NCBI GenBank assembly: GCA_016875215.1
Contig: VGRX01000002.1
Location: forward strand, 5,805-69,804
DNA: 64,000 nt
Reading direction: 5' to 3'
Source of the DNA: Deltaproteobacteria bacterium
GTDB taxonomy: Bacteria; Myxococcota_A; UBA9042; CAIXZC01
Position numbers and translations under genes: made by a program. The notes beneath the pieces are model-generated. The model saw nothing but the letters and a program-made list of their open reading frames with translations, was not told where the DNA came from and made no database searches. The first letter of the stretch is position 1. Each line of letters opens with the position of its first letter. Positions 38,271 through 47,484 of the stretch are shown here, piece after piece.

Positions 38271-38430
38271 CCGCCGCTTGGGAGGGCAGAAAGCCGCCAG
38301 GGAGCAGGATCTGCCGGTGCGACGGTGCGTTGCCGGCCTGCGGATCGGAGCGAAGCTCCCCGGCTGTGGTGTCTTGGCCGACCCGTGGGCGCGGGGCGCC
38401 TGCGGCGTGATGGAACAGGCCCTGCCTGGC

Positions 38431-38459
38431 TTGACAAAGCCGGCGCTCTCGGCGATGCT
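38431..38459 (+). promoter_or_regulatory. Weak candidate promoter TTGACA-N17-GATGCT upstream of plsB
   Basis: The -35 is consensus but the -10 is poor. Position is 50-80 nt upstream of the plsB ATG. Confidence 0.2.
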
Positions 38460-38510
38460 GCGGCGGTACGGCTGACCGGGGTTGGAGTGCGACAGAGGGT
38501 CCGATAGAAC

Positions 38511-41135
38511 ATGCATTCGCGGCTGGCGCTCTGGATAAGGTTGTTCCTGTTCCCGCTGTTCGGGCGGGTGGGGATTGCTCCGCACTGGGCGGACCGGGTG
38601 CGTGAGAGCCAGGAGGCCGGGCCGGTCGTGCACGTGCTGGCGGTCGAGGGGCTGCTCGACCTGGCACTGTTCAACTACCTGTTCCTCAAGAACCGTCTGC
38701 GCCTGGCCCGGGTGACGAATTCGAAGCTGTCGAACCTGCTGAGGCCGCTGGTGGTCCTGATCTTCTTCCCCCTCCTGCTGCTGTTCCGGCTGGCAAGCCG
38801 TGGAGATCCGATGGCGGGGATGCAGAAGGCGTTGGCCGCGGGGGAGCCGTGTCTCCTGTTCCTGAAGCGGGCCCGGTTCGTGATGATGCCCGGCGGCAAC
38901 ATCGGGTTGCCGTGGCTGACCGAGCTCGTGCGGCTGCAGCCGACCCTGCCCCGGCCGGTGATGCTGGTTCCCCACGTGTTGTTCTGGACCAAGGGGCCGG
39001 AGAAGTACCGGCGCAACCTGGTCGACCTGTTTCTGGGCGATCCGAATGCTCCGGGGTTGCGCAAGCTGTTGACGTTCGTGGCATTTCCGGGCCGTGCCCA
39101 CGTCTCGTGCGGCGACCCGGTGAACCTGGCCCAGGCCCTGGCGGAGTCCACGCAGGTGGGGGAGGATGCGGCTGCCCGGAAGGTGAGCTGGCTCCTGTTC
39201 CGGGCATTCGACCGGGTCGAGAAGGTGACCCGGGGGCCGATGCTCAAGGATGCTGCGCAGGTCCGCAACGAGATGGTGGTGAATCCCGACTTCGTGGCGG
39301 GGGTGACCGAGGCGGGTCAGGCCATGGGGCTTTCGGAGAAGGCCGCAATGAAGCGGGCAGCCCGCAACATCACCGAGATCGCAGCGGATTTCCGGGAAAG
39401 CGCGATCGAGTTCCTCTCGTTCGTGCTGACCCCCATCTTCAAGCGGGTGTTCTCCGGGTTCGTGGTCGACGTGAAGGCCATGGAGACCATCCGGGAGGCC
39501 TCCGCAGATTCGGCGGTGGTCCTCGTGCCGTGCCACCGAAGCCACATCGACTACCTGGTCATCTCCTACCTGATGTACCTGCTGGGGCTCAACCCGCCGC
39601 ACATCGCGGCCGGCGCCAATCTGACGTTCTTTCCCATGGGGCCGATATTCCGGCGCTCCGGAGCCTTCTTCATCCGCCGCAAGATCGGCGACGACCGCAT
39701 CTACTCTTTCGTCCTGGCGCAGTATGTGCGCAAGCTGCTCAAGGATGGGCACTCCCTGGAGTTCTTCATCGAGGGAGGGCGGAGCCGCACGGGCAAGACC
39801 CTGCCCCCCAAGTTCGGCCTGCTCAACTACGTCGCGGAGGCGGTCACCGGCGAGGCCGTCCGCGACGTGGTCATCATCCCCCTGTCGCTCAGCTACGAGC
39901 GGATCATGGAGGTCGAAGGGTACGCGGAGGAGCTGGCCGGCCGCGAGAAGCGCAAGGAGGATGCCCTGGTCCTGGTCAAGAGCGCCGAGGTGCTGGACAG
40001 CCGCTACGGTCGGCTCTACCTTACCGCAGGGCGGCCGATCCGGATGGCCGAGTTCCTCCAGCAGACGTCGGGCAAGTCCCCGAAGGAGCTTACGGAGGAG
40101 GAGAAGCGCTACCTGGTGAAGAGGCTCGGGTACCTGATCCTGAGCCAGATCAACCGGGCCACCGTGGTGAACCCCACCGGGCTGGTCGCGATGGTGCTGC
40201 TCTCCCACCTGCGGCGGGGGATCTCGTCGGACCGCTTCCAGGAGCATGCCGGGTTCCTGCTCGACTTCGCGATCAAGCGGGGATACCCGATCTCGATCAC
40301 GCTGGACCGGGCGCTCAAGGCCGCGATCCACGACATCGCCCGCAGCCGCGAGAAAGCCAGGGAGGGGGACGACCGCCTCCCCTTCCGGACCATGGGACAG
40401 GCCATCGCACCGGCACTCCAGGAGACCATCGAGATGTTCTCGGCACAGCGCCACCTGCGCATCGAGGAGTTCGCCGGCGGGCCGGTGTATGCGGTGCGAC
40501 CCCGCTCCCGGACCTACCTGAACTACTATCGGAACAACATCATCCACGTGTACCAGCGGGAAGCGCTGGTCGCCATCAGCCTGTATGCCCGCACCTGCCA
40601 GCGGGAGATCCGGGTGGCCGAGGTGGAGGAGGACGTCCGCTTCTTCTCAAGGCTCTTCAAGAAGGAGTTCATCTTCCGGCAGGGGGACTTCGAGCGGGGG
40701 ATCGCCGCAGGGCTCGAAGCGTTCGCCCTCCAGGGTACCGTCATCCTCTCGGGGGACGAGGTCGTCCCGGTCCCGGCCTCGGTCGACCGCCTCGCCATCT
40801 TCCGCAACATGCTGCTGCCCATCGTGGAGAGCTACTGGGTCTGCGCCCGCTACGCCTCCATGGTCCGGTTCCAGGGAGCGATGAAGAGCAAGGACCTGGT
40901 CAAGGCCATCCTCGACCGGGCCCATCGTGACTACCAGGAAGGGGAGATCACGTGCCAGGAATCCCTTTCCACGGTCAGCGTGCTCAATGCACTGGAGCGC
41001 TACCTGGACATGGACCTGCTCATGACCGCCGAATCGGGTGTGGATGCCGGCAAGATCCGGCTGGCCCGGGGCAGCTCGTTCGAGGAGCTGGAGGAGCTGG
41101 CCGAGCGTCTCCGGTTCTTCGTGACCGTCGCCTGA
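38511..41135 (+). CDS. plsB: Glycerol-3-phosphate acyltransferase
   Basis: 874 aa. HxxxxD acyltransferase motif (CHRSHIDYL), FFIRRK, and EGGRSRTGK blocks characteristic of PlsB. Confidence 0.9.
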   Translation: MHSRLALWIRLFLFPLFGRVGIAPHWADRVRESQEAGPVVHVLAVEGLLDLALFNYLFLKNRLRLARVTNSKLSNLLRPLVVLIFFPLLLLFRLASRGDPMAGMQKALAAGEPCLLFLKRARFVMMPGGNIGLPWLTELVRLQPTLPRPVMLVPHVLFWTKGPEKYRRNLVDLFLGDPNAPGLRKLLTFVAFPGRAHVSCGDPVNLAQALAESTQVGEDAAARKVSWLLFRAFDRVEKVTRGPMLKDAAQVRNEMVVNPDFVAGVTEAGQAMGLSEKAAMKRAARNITEIAADFRESAIEFLSFVLTPIFKRVFSGFVVDVKAMETIREASADSAVVLVPCHRSHIDYLVISYLMYLLGLNPPHIAAGANLTFFPMGPIFRRSGAFFIRRKIGDDRIYSFVLAQYVRKLLKDGHSLEFFIEGGRSRTGKTLPPKFGLLNYVAEAVTGEAVRDVVIIPLSLSYERIMEVEGYAEELAGREKRKEDALVLVKSAEVLDSRYGRLYLTAGRPIRMAEFLQQTSGKSPKELTEEEKRYLVKRLGYLILSQINRATVVNPTGLVAMVLLSHLRRGISSDRFQEHAGFLLDFAIKRGYPISITLDRALKAAIHDIARSREKAREGDDRLPFRTMGQAIAPALQETIEMFSAQRHLRIEEFAGGPVYAVRPRSRTYLNYYRNNIIHVYQREALVAISLYARTCQREIRVAEVEEDVRFFSRLFKKEFIFRQGDFERGIAAGLEAFALQGTVILSGDEVVPVPASVDRLAIFRNMLLPIVESYWVCARYASMVRFQGAMKSKDLVKAILDRAHRDYQEGEITCQESLSTVSVLNALERYLDMDLLMTAESGVDAGKIRLARGSSFEELEELAERLRFFVTVA

Positions 41136-41161
41136 CCCCGTGATGGGGAGGGAGGGAACAG

Positions 41162-42016
41162 ATGATCATCGTCCTGATGGACTCCGAGCGGCAACGGACG
41201 AAGAAGGCAGCCGAACTCCTGAGCGAAGCGGGGTTCACCCACGTGGACCTGGACCGGGAGTTGCCGGCCCCGTCGGTGCTGAAGGCCGCTGCCTCGCAGT
41301 CGTTCGGTACCGACTTCCGGGTGCGGCTGCTGCGGGATCTTTTCGACCGGCTGCGCAACGAGCTGGTGACCGGTCCGGAGAACATCGAGGAGATCGTCGC
41401 CCTGTCCAGGCTCAAGGGGACCGGCGTGCTCGACCCGGACGGGATGCTGAGCAAGGAGGACGTGCAGCGGCTGGAGGAGGCCCATGTCCCCGTGCTGCAG
41501 AAGATGCCCCGGGGGAACAGCGACGACCAGCGGCTGAAGGCCGCGGTCCTTGCCCTGGCCGGGCGTCTGCCCCGCATGTCGTGGGACGACTACTTCATGG
41601 GCATCGCCGGCGTGGTGGCCGGTCGGGGGGACTGCGTGAAGCGGCGTGTCGCTGCCATCATCGTGAGAGAGCGGCGAATCATCGCCACCGGCTACAACGG
41701 AACGCCGCGAGGCACGGTCAACTGCGGTCAGGGGGGATGTCCGCGCTGCGCCTCGTTCGTCAAGAGCGGCACGAACCTGGGCGAGTGTCTCTGCTCGCAT
41801 GCCGAGGAGAACTCGCTCATCCAGGCTGCGCTGCACGGGATCAGCGTCAAGGGGGCCGCGCTGTACTCGACCTGCTCTCCTTGCCTGCTCTGCACCAAGA
41901 TGATCATCAACAGCGGGATTGCCCAGGTGGTCTTCAACGCGTCGTATCCGCTGGGGGCAAGACCTCTGGGGCTGTTGCGTGAGGCAGGAGTGGACGTACG
42001 CCGCTATCCCGAATAG
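41162..42016 (+). CDS. dCMP/cytidine deaminase-family protein with ~140-aa N-terminal extension
   Basis: Zinc motifs CSHAEENS and SPCLLCTKMIINSGI in the C-terminal 145 aa. The N-terminal half has no recognised domain. Strong GGGAGGGAGGG RBS. Confidence 0.75.
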   Translation: MIIVLMDSERQRTKKAAELLSEAGFTHVDLDRELPAPSVLKAAASQSFGTDFRVRLLRDLFDRLRNELVTGPENIEEIVALSRLKGTGVLDPDGMLSKEDVQRLEEAHVPVLQKMPRGNSDDQRLKAAVLALAGRLPRMSWDDYFMGIAGVVAGRGDCVKRRVAAIIVRERRIIATGYNGTPRGTVNCGQGGCPRCASFVKSGTNLGECLCSHAEENSLIQAALHGISVKGAALYSTCSPCLLCTKMIINSGIAQVVFNASYPLGARPLGLLREAGVDVRRYPE

Positions 42017-42150
42017 ACTCGGGCCGCCCCTCGGGGTGCTGCGCCGGGGGAGCGAGGACGGCCCGGGGAGAGGCATTCGGGCCGGGTGGCAATGGAAGGA
42101 CGTGAGACCCGGGTGCGTGTCCGGGGACCGGCCGGACAAGGAGACCGGTG

Positions 42151-43146
42151 ATGCCAGCGAACCTGTCAGCGGACTACAAGGCAGCGGAGGAGAGGCTGCG
42201 CCAGGCCCGCACGGTGCAGGAGAAGCTCGAGTGCCTGCAGGAGATGCTCCGGGTGATCCCCAAGCACAAGGGGACCGACCACATGCAGGCCGACCTCAAG
42301 AAGCGCATCTCCCAGCTCAAGAAAGAAGGGGAGAAGAAGGGGGTCAAGGCCTCCAGCACCTCGCTGTACGTCAAGCCGGAGGGGATCGGCCAGATCTTCC
42401 TGGTCGGCCCGCCCAACAGCGGCAAGTCGAGCCTGGTCGATGCGCTGACCAATGCGAAGCCGGAGGTCGCCCCGTATCCGTTCACCACCCAGATGTATCA
42501 GCCCGGGATGGTCCGGTACGAGAACGTCTGGATCCAGCTCGTGGACATGCCTCCGATCTCCTCCAAGGCACCGCTTGCCTGGATCCCCTCCGTGGTCCGG
42601 TACGGCAACGCCGCGCTGCTGACCGTGAGCCTGGCCAGCGACGACCTGCTCACCGAGGTCGAGGAGGTCTTCGAGGCGCTCAAGGCCGGCAAGGTCACGC
42701 TCGCACGCCGCAACGAGGAGGCGGGGATGTTCGACACGGGCATCGCCGCACTGCGCACGATGCTGGTGTGCACGCACTGCCTCGACCCCGATGCCGACGA
42801 CCGGCTGGAGCTGCTCCACGAGCTGCTCGGCGAGGGCTTCGACCTGGTCAAGGTCGATGCCTCGGCCCCGGAGACGCTGGAGCCGTTGCGCAAGACGATG
42901 TACGACCTGCTCGGCGTGGTCCGGGTCTACAGCAAGCAGCCGGGCAAGCCTGCGGACATGACCGACCCGTTTGTCGTGAAGAAGGGGACTCAGGTCGAGG
43001 AGCTCGCCACCCGGATCCACAAGGACGTCGGGGCCCGCCTCTCCTACGCCCGCATCTGGAGCAGCGACGACCGCAAGTTCGACGGCCAGCGCGTCGCCCG
43101 CAACTACGTCCTCGAGGAAGGGGACGTGGTGGAGATGCACACGTAG
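42151..43146 (+). CDS. Obg-superfamily GTPase of the DRG type (G domain + C-terminal TGS domain)
   Basis: N-terminal lysine-rich helix, GPPNSGKSSL P-loop, YPFTT, DMPPI (DxxG-like) and a C-terminal TGS fold. AAGGAGA RBS 6 nt upstream of the ATG. A GTG lies at 42148. Confidence 0.7.
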   Translation: MPANLSADYKAAEERLRQARTVQEKLECLQEMLRVIPKHKGTDHMQADLKKRISQLKKEGEKKGVKASSTSLYVKPEGIGQIFLVGPPNSGKSSLVDALTNAKPEVAPYPFTTQMYQPGMVRYENVWIQLVDMPPISSKAPLAWIPSVVRYGNAALLTVSLASDDLLTEVEEVFEALKAGKVTLARRNEEAGMFDTGIAALRTMLVCTHCLDPDADDRLELLHELLGEGFDLVKVDASAPETLEPLRKTMYDLLGVVRVYSKQPGKPADMTDPFVVKKGTQVEELATRIHKDVGARLSYARIWSSDDRKFDGQRVARNYVLEEGDVVEMHT

Positions 43147-43277
43147 GGGGAAATCAGCAGAGGCTGGAACCCTGGAGGTAAGGTGACATGAAGATGCTCG
43201 CAGATGCTCCGGCTCTCCAACGCACTTGCCTGGCTGGCGGGAAGCAGATACCGAAGTACGGGGCAGGCGGAGGCGGG

Positions 43278-44837
43278 ATGTGGCGACTCATCTCGCTCCC
43301 GTTCGGGCTGGGGCTCTTCTTCCTGGCTGCCTGCACCGGTTCGGGCCGGACCACCGTCCTGGATACGGGAACCGCGGACGCGGCGGGAGCAATCGACACG
43401 ACGGGGGCCGCCGAGACGACGGGCCCGGCCGACCTCCCTTCCGGCGTGGACATTCCCCACGACCCGGCCACACGCCTGGGACCGGAGAACCTGGTCTATG
43501 CCGGGGCGTTCCGCCTTCCGTTCGTGGAGACGCAGCCGCCGCTGACATGGACCTGGGGCGGGCGCTCCATGACCTGGTTTGCCGGAGGGGACCCGGGCAG
43601 CGGCGACACGACCCCCGGCTCCCTGTTCATCGCGGGCAACGACTACGAGGACGGGACATCGGTGCCCCGGAGCGGCTTCGTGGCCGAGCTGGCCATTCCG
43701 GACCCGGTCGTTGCCCAGGGCAATCTCGACGCGCTTCCCGTTGCCAAGATGCTCCAGGACTTCACCGACGTGCGAGGTCCGGACCTCTACCCGGAAGGCA
43801 TCTACTTCGAGCTGCCCAAGATGGGGCTCGAAGTCCTGCCCGGCGAGGGGGACAGCTCGATCCTCCACGTGGCCTGGGGACAGCACCTCGAAAACGATGC
43901 CGCCCCCTCCGCGTGCGACGGCCCCCCCGATGCCTCGTGCGTGGCCTCGCAGTCCTGGCGGGTGCTGGGCCCGGGGGGCAAGCTGGACGTCCATCCTACG
44001 GTAGGACCGTGGTGGGTGGACGGCGCCGGCCTCTACAGCGTGAACGACTACCTGTTCGCCATTCCCCAGGAGTGGGCGGACGCACACGTGGGGGGGCGCC
44101 GTCTCGTCGCAGGGCGGTTCCGGGACGGAGGGCAGGGGAGCCAGGGACCGGTTGCGGTTGCCATCGCCCCCTGGCAGCAGGGAAGCCCGCCGCCGGCAGG
44201 GGCTCTCCTCGAATCCACGGTGCTGCTGCACTACACGTCCTTTCCCGAGACGTCCGGTCGCCTGAACGGCTACCAGCACTCGGACGAGTGGGTCGGGGCC
44301 GCCTGGCTGGCTGCCGGCTCCCGCAGAGCCCTTGCGTTCGTCGGCACCAAGTCGATCGGCGCCCACTACTGGTACGGCTGGCAGCGTTGCCCGGGCGGAG
44401 TGGTTCCATGCATGGAGCCGGAATCGCTCGGTGGCCCGGGCTGCTTCGACGCCGACGGCTCGGAGTGCGGCTTCGGGCCGGAGCACTACTGTTCCTGCAC
44501 CGACGTGGACTGCGATCCCGACTGCTTCGGGGCCCGCGGCTGGTGGACCGAGGAGTGGCAGGCCCAGGTGCTGCTCTACGACCCGGCGGACCTGGAAGCC
44601 GTGGCAGCGGGCCTGGCCAAACCCTTCCAGCCCCAACCCTATGCCACGATCGTCATCGACGATCGGCTGTTCGGCCACGAGGCAGCACCCGACGTCATGG
44701 GCAGCGGAAAACAGCGGCGCTTCCGCATCGGTGCCGCTGCCTGCGACGCCCAGTCGGGCATTCTGTACGTCACCGAGATGAACGCCGACCCCACCGGCGA
44801 ACAGCCCATCGTCCACGCCTGGAGGGTGCAGAAGTAG
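43278..44837 (+). CDS. Lipoprotein of unknown function
   Basis: The internal Met gives MWRLISLPFGLGLFFLAACTG with a lipobox. Large soluble domain with no recognised family. Confidence 0.5.
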   Translation: MWRLISLPFGLGLFFLAACTGSGRTTVLDTGTADAAGAIDTTGAAETTGPADLPSGVDIPHDPATRLGPENLVYAGAFRLPFVETQPPLTWTWGGRSMTWFAGGDPGSGDTTPGSLFIAGNDYEDGTSVPRSGFVAELAIPDPVVAQGNLDALPVAKMLQDFTDVRGPDLYPEGIYFELPKMGLEVLPGEGDSSILHVAWGQHLENDAAPSACDGPPDASCVASQSWRVLGPGGKLDVHPTVGPWWVDGAGLYSVNDYLFAIPQEWADAHVGGRRLVAGRFRDGGQGSQGPVAVAIAPWQQGSPPPAGALLESTVLLHYTSFPETSGRLNGYQHSDEWVGAAWLAAGSRRALAFVGTKSIGAHYWYGWQRCPGGVVPCMEPESLGGPGCFDADGSECGFGPEHYCSCTDVDCDPDCFGARGWWTEEWQAQVLLYDPADLEAVAAGLAKPFQPQPYATIVIDDRLFGHEAAPDVMGSGKQRRFRIGAAACDAQSGILYVTEMNADPTGEQPIVHAWRVQK

Positions 44838-44915
44838 GGCAGCGCCCCCCCTGTACCTTTCAAGATAGCCTGGACGGACCGATGGGCCATCGAGTCGCGT
44901 CCGGGGGAGGTCGGA

Positions 44916-46073
44916 TCAACGTAGGGATATGTGCGAGCCGAGGGATCGGACCGGGACCGCACGGATGCCGTCCGCCAACGGGAAGACGTGGCTCCCGAGA
45001 TGGATCACGTCGATGCTGTCGAGCTTGAGATCCTCGAGCGCGATGCGCATCGACTTCGTCACCCTGGGGGCGGCGGACCGTTTGAACTCAAAGCCGAGCC
45101 GCCGGTTGCCCCGCACGACGACCAGGTCCAATTCGGCACCGGCGTGAGTGGCCCAGAAATGACACTCCTCCGGCTTTGAGGCCAGGCGCGTGGTCACCGC
45201 CTCCAGGGCAAAGCCCTCGAACGAGGCGCCGACCTTGGGATGCTGCTCGACATCGGCCCACGTTCGAAGGCCCAGCAGCGTGTGCAGGATTCCGGAGTCC
45301 GCCACGTAGAGCTTGGGAGACCGGACCTGGCGCTTGGAGATGTTCTCATGCCACGGCTGCAACTGGCGGACGAGATATGCCCCGGCGAGAAAGTCCACGT
45401 ACCGTCGCACAGCGGTGTCGGAAACGCCGAATGCCCTTCCCAACTCCGAGAGATTCAGGACCTGCCCATGCAAGTGGGCAAGCATGGTCCAGAAGCGCCG
45501 GATGGCCGCCGCTGCCAGCGGCATTCCGAGACCTGGCAGATCCCTCTCCACGACCGACCGGATGAACTCCTCCCGCCACGTGGCGCTGGCGCCATCGGAA
45601 CTTGCCAGGTAGGAACGCGGGAATCCGCCGCGCAGCCACAGCGGTTCCATGTGGTCCCCCCCTACTTCGCTCAATCCGAACCCATCGAGATCCAGTGCCG
45701 CCACCCGACCTGCAAGCGACTCGGAAATGCCCCGCACCAGCTTGGGAGAAGCACTGCCCAGCAGGAGGAAACGGACATGGACAGCCGGCCGGTCGACCAG
45801 GACCCGAAGCACCGGGAACAGGTCCGGGTTGAGCTGAGCCTCGTCGATGACGACCAGACCTTCGAGCCGTTCGAGGGCGAGAAGAGGCTCGGACAACCGG
45901 GCGATGTCGGCCGGGTTCTCCAGGTCGAACGTGTGGGTTGGACCGTTCCACGATTCGGAAAACTGCCTGGCCAGAGTGGTCTTCCCCACTTGCCGAGCAC
46001 CGAGAATGGACACGACGGGGAACTGGCCAAGCAACTCCCCGACTCTCCTGAGATGGGCCTCTCGGACAATCAT
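44916..46073 (-). CDS. AAA+ ATPase of the AAA_14/DUF4143 family
   Basis: Walker A GARQVGKTTL, Walker B VVIDEAQ, and a C-terminal DUF4143-like region. Confidence 0.8.
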   Translation of the reverse strand: MIVREAHLRRVGELLGQFPVVSILGARQVGKTTLARQFSESWNGPTHTFDLENPADIARLSEPLLALERLEGLVVIDEAQLNPDLFPVLRVLVDRPAVHVRFLLLGSASPKLVRGISESLAGRVAALDLDGFGLSEVGGDHMEPLWLRGGFPRSYLASSDGASATWREEFIRSVVERDLPGLGMPLAAAAIRRFWTMLAHLHGQVLNLSELGRAFGVSDTAVRRYVDFLAGAYLVRQLQPWHENISKRQVRSPKLYVADSGILHTLLGLRTWADVEQHPKVGASFEGFALEAVTTRLASKPEECHFWATHAGAELDLVVVRGNRRLGFEFKRSAAPRVTKSMRIALEDLKLDSIDVIHLGSHVFPLADGIRAVPVRSLGSHISLR

Positions 46074-46085
46074 GCCCCCAGTTTA

Positions 46086-46122
46086 CCTTGAAAATCCTTC
46101 ACGGCAAGTCGAATTTTCAAGG
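46086..46122. promoter_or_regulatory. Perfect 10-bp inverted repeat CCTTGAAAAT-N17-ATTTTCAAGG between the phosphoesterase stop and the AAA ATPase start
   Basis: Seen directly in the sequence. Lies 13-49 nt upstream of the ATPase ATG on the coding strand. Confidence 0.35.
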
Positions 46123-46165
46123 AGGGGCACCTATTGGGGAAGGGCCAGGAGCACGCAGCCCCCCC

Positions 46166-47470
46166 TTACTCCATGTCGAACTCCTCGAAGATCTCGTTGG
46201 TGTCGGAGTTGACGACCGTGGCGTGGATGGTGCTGGGTCCGAAGTCGAGGCGGACGTAGTGGTGGATTGTAGAGGCTGCAACGAGGAACTCGGCATCGCC
46301 GCCGGTGGCCTCGTCGGGACTGTAGAGGGGGGCCCCGCCGCCGCCGGTCACGACGTAGGGGATGCCGTTGACCTCGAAGCGCTCGTAGAGATGGTTGTGG
46401 CCCGCGACCACCAGGGTGACGCCGTACTGCTCGATGAGGGGCTGGATGTAGGTGCGGCCCAGGCTCCACGGCAGGTGGTTGGAGAAGGTGTAGAACGGCT
46501 CGTGCATGGTCACGAACACCCACGGCTTGTCCGCCAGCTTCTTGAGCGCGTCCTCGAACCAGGCCAGTGCCTCCTCCCCGGCCCAGTTGGTCGCGTACTG
46601 GTCGATGTTGATGATGCCCAGATCGCCGAGATCCACCCACCAGTTGCGCTCGTGAAGGTGGTTGTTTCCGGTCTCGAACAGTGCCTCGAAGTACCCTTCG
46701 CCGAAGGCCTCGTGGTTGCCGAAGGTCGGGAAGTAGAACGAGCTCCAGAGCATGGGGCCTTCGATCTCGAAGAACTTGTCCCAGTTGGCCAGGATGCTGC
46801 CCCCTTCGGTCAGGTCGCCGGTCTGGAGGACGAGGGGGGCCTTCTCCGCAAAGATGAGGTCGGCCACGGCCTGGTGCGCCGCATGGTCGGTGCGGGTATC
46901 GCCGAACAGGATCATCTTGGACAGGGGCTGGAACTGCGGCAGCTCGACGTGCCGGGCGAACCCCCCGTTGACCACCTCGATGTCGAAGTTCTCCGCCTCC
47001 TCCGGCACGGGCAGCAGGACCTCGTGATACCAGCCGGCGAACGTGGGCATTTCGATGCCCAGGAAGTCGAACTCCGGCTTGGTCGGCGTGGTGGTCAGCT
47101 CGGTCTGCCCCCCCTTCCATGTGAGGCGGAGCAGGATGGGCAGCTCTTCGGTGGTCTCGGCCAGGAAGGTCACCTGGCCCGGCACCGGCCACTGGAGCCA
47201 GGGGGTCTTGAAGAAGGTCACGGGTTGCGGGGCCATGCGGACGGCATCCGGCAAGGAATCGTCCGGTCGCGAGTCCGCGGCCTCGTCTGTCTCGGTGGCG
47301 AGCTCCGGGAGGCCGGAATCGGGCAGTGCGGAATCGGGCACGACCTCTGCCGGGCGCCCTGCGACGTCGCCGTCCTGGGGCTTCGAGCCTCCGGGCTGCG
47401 AGCAGGCCGCTGCCAGCAGGCAGAGCGCCGCAAACCCCGCCGGGACGCCTTGGTGAATCCCTCGCTTCAT
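46166..47470 (-). CDS. Calcineurin-like metallophosphoesterase lipoprotein (purple-acid-phosphatase-like)
   Basis: Internal start MKRGIHQGVPAGFAALCLLAAACS. GDxxxD, GNHE and GHxH metal-binding blocks (LFGDTRTD, TFGNHE, VAGHNHLYER). Confidence 0.8.
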   Translation of the reverse strand: MKRGIHQGVPAGFAALCLLAAACSQPGGSKPQDGDVAGRPAEVVPDSALPDSGLPELATETDEAADSRPDDSLPDAVRMAPQPVTFFKTPWLQWPVPGQVTFLAETTEELPILLRLTWKGGQTELTTTPTKPEFDFLGIEMPTFAGWYHEVLLPVPEEAENFDIEVVNGGFARHVELPQFQPLSKMILFGDTRTDHAAHQAVADLIFAEKAPLVLQTGDLTEGGSILANWDKFFEIEGPMLWSSFYFPTFGNHEAFGEGYFEALFETGNNHLHERNWWVDLGDLGIINIDQYATNWAGEEALAWFEDALKKLADKPWVFVTMHEPFYTFSNHLPWSLGRTYIQPLIEQYGVTLVVAGHNHLYERFEVNGIPYVVTGGGGAPLYSPDEATGGDAEFLVAASTIHHYVRLDFGPSTIHATVVNSDTNEIFEEFDME

Positions 47471-47484
47471 CAAAGGACTCCTTC

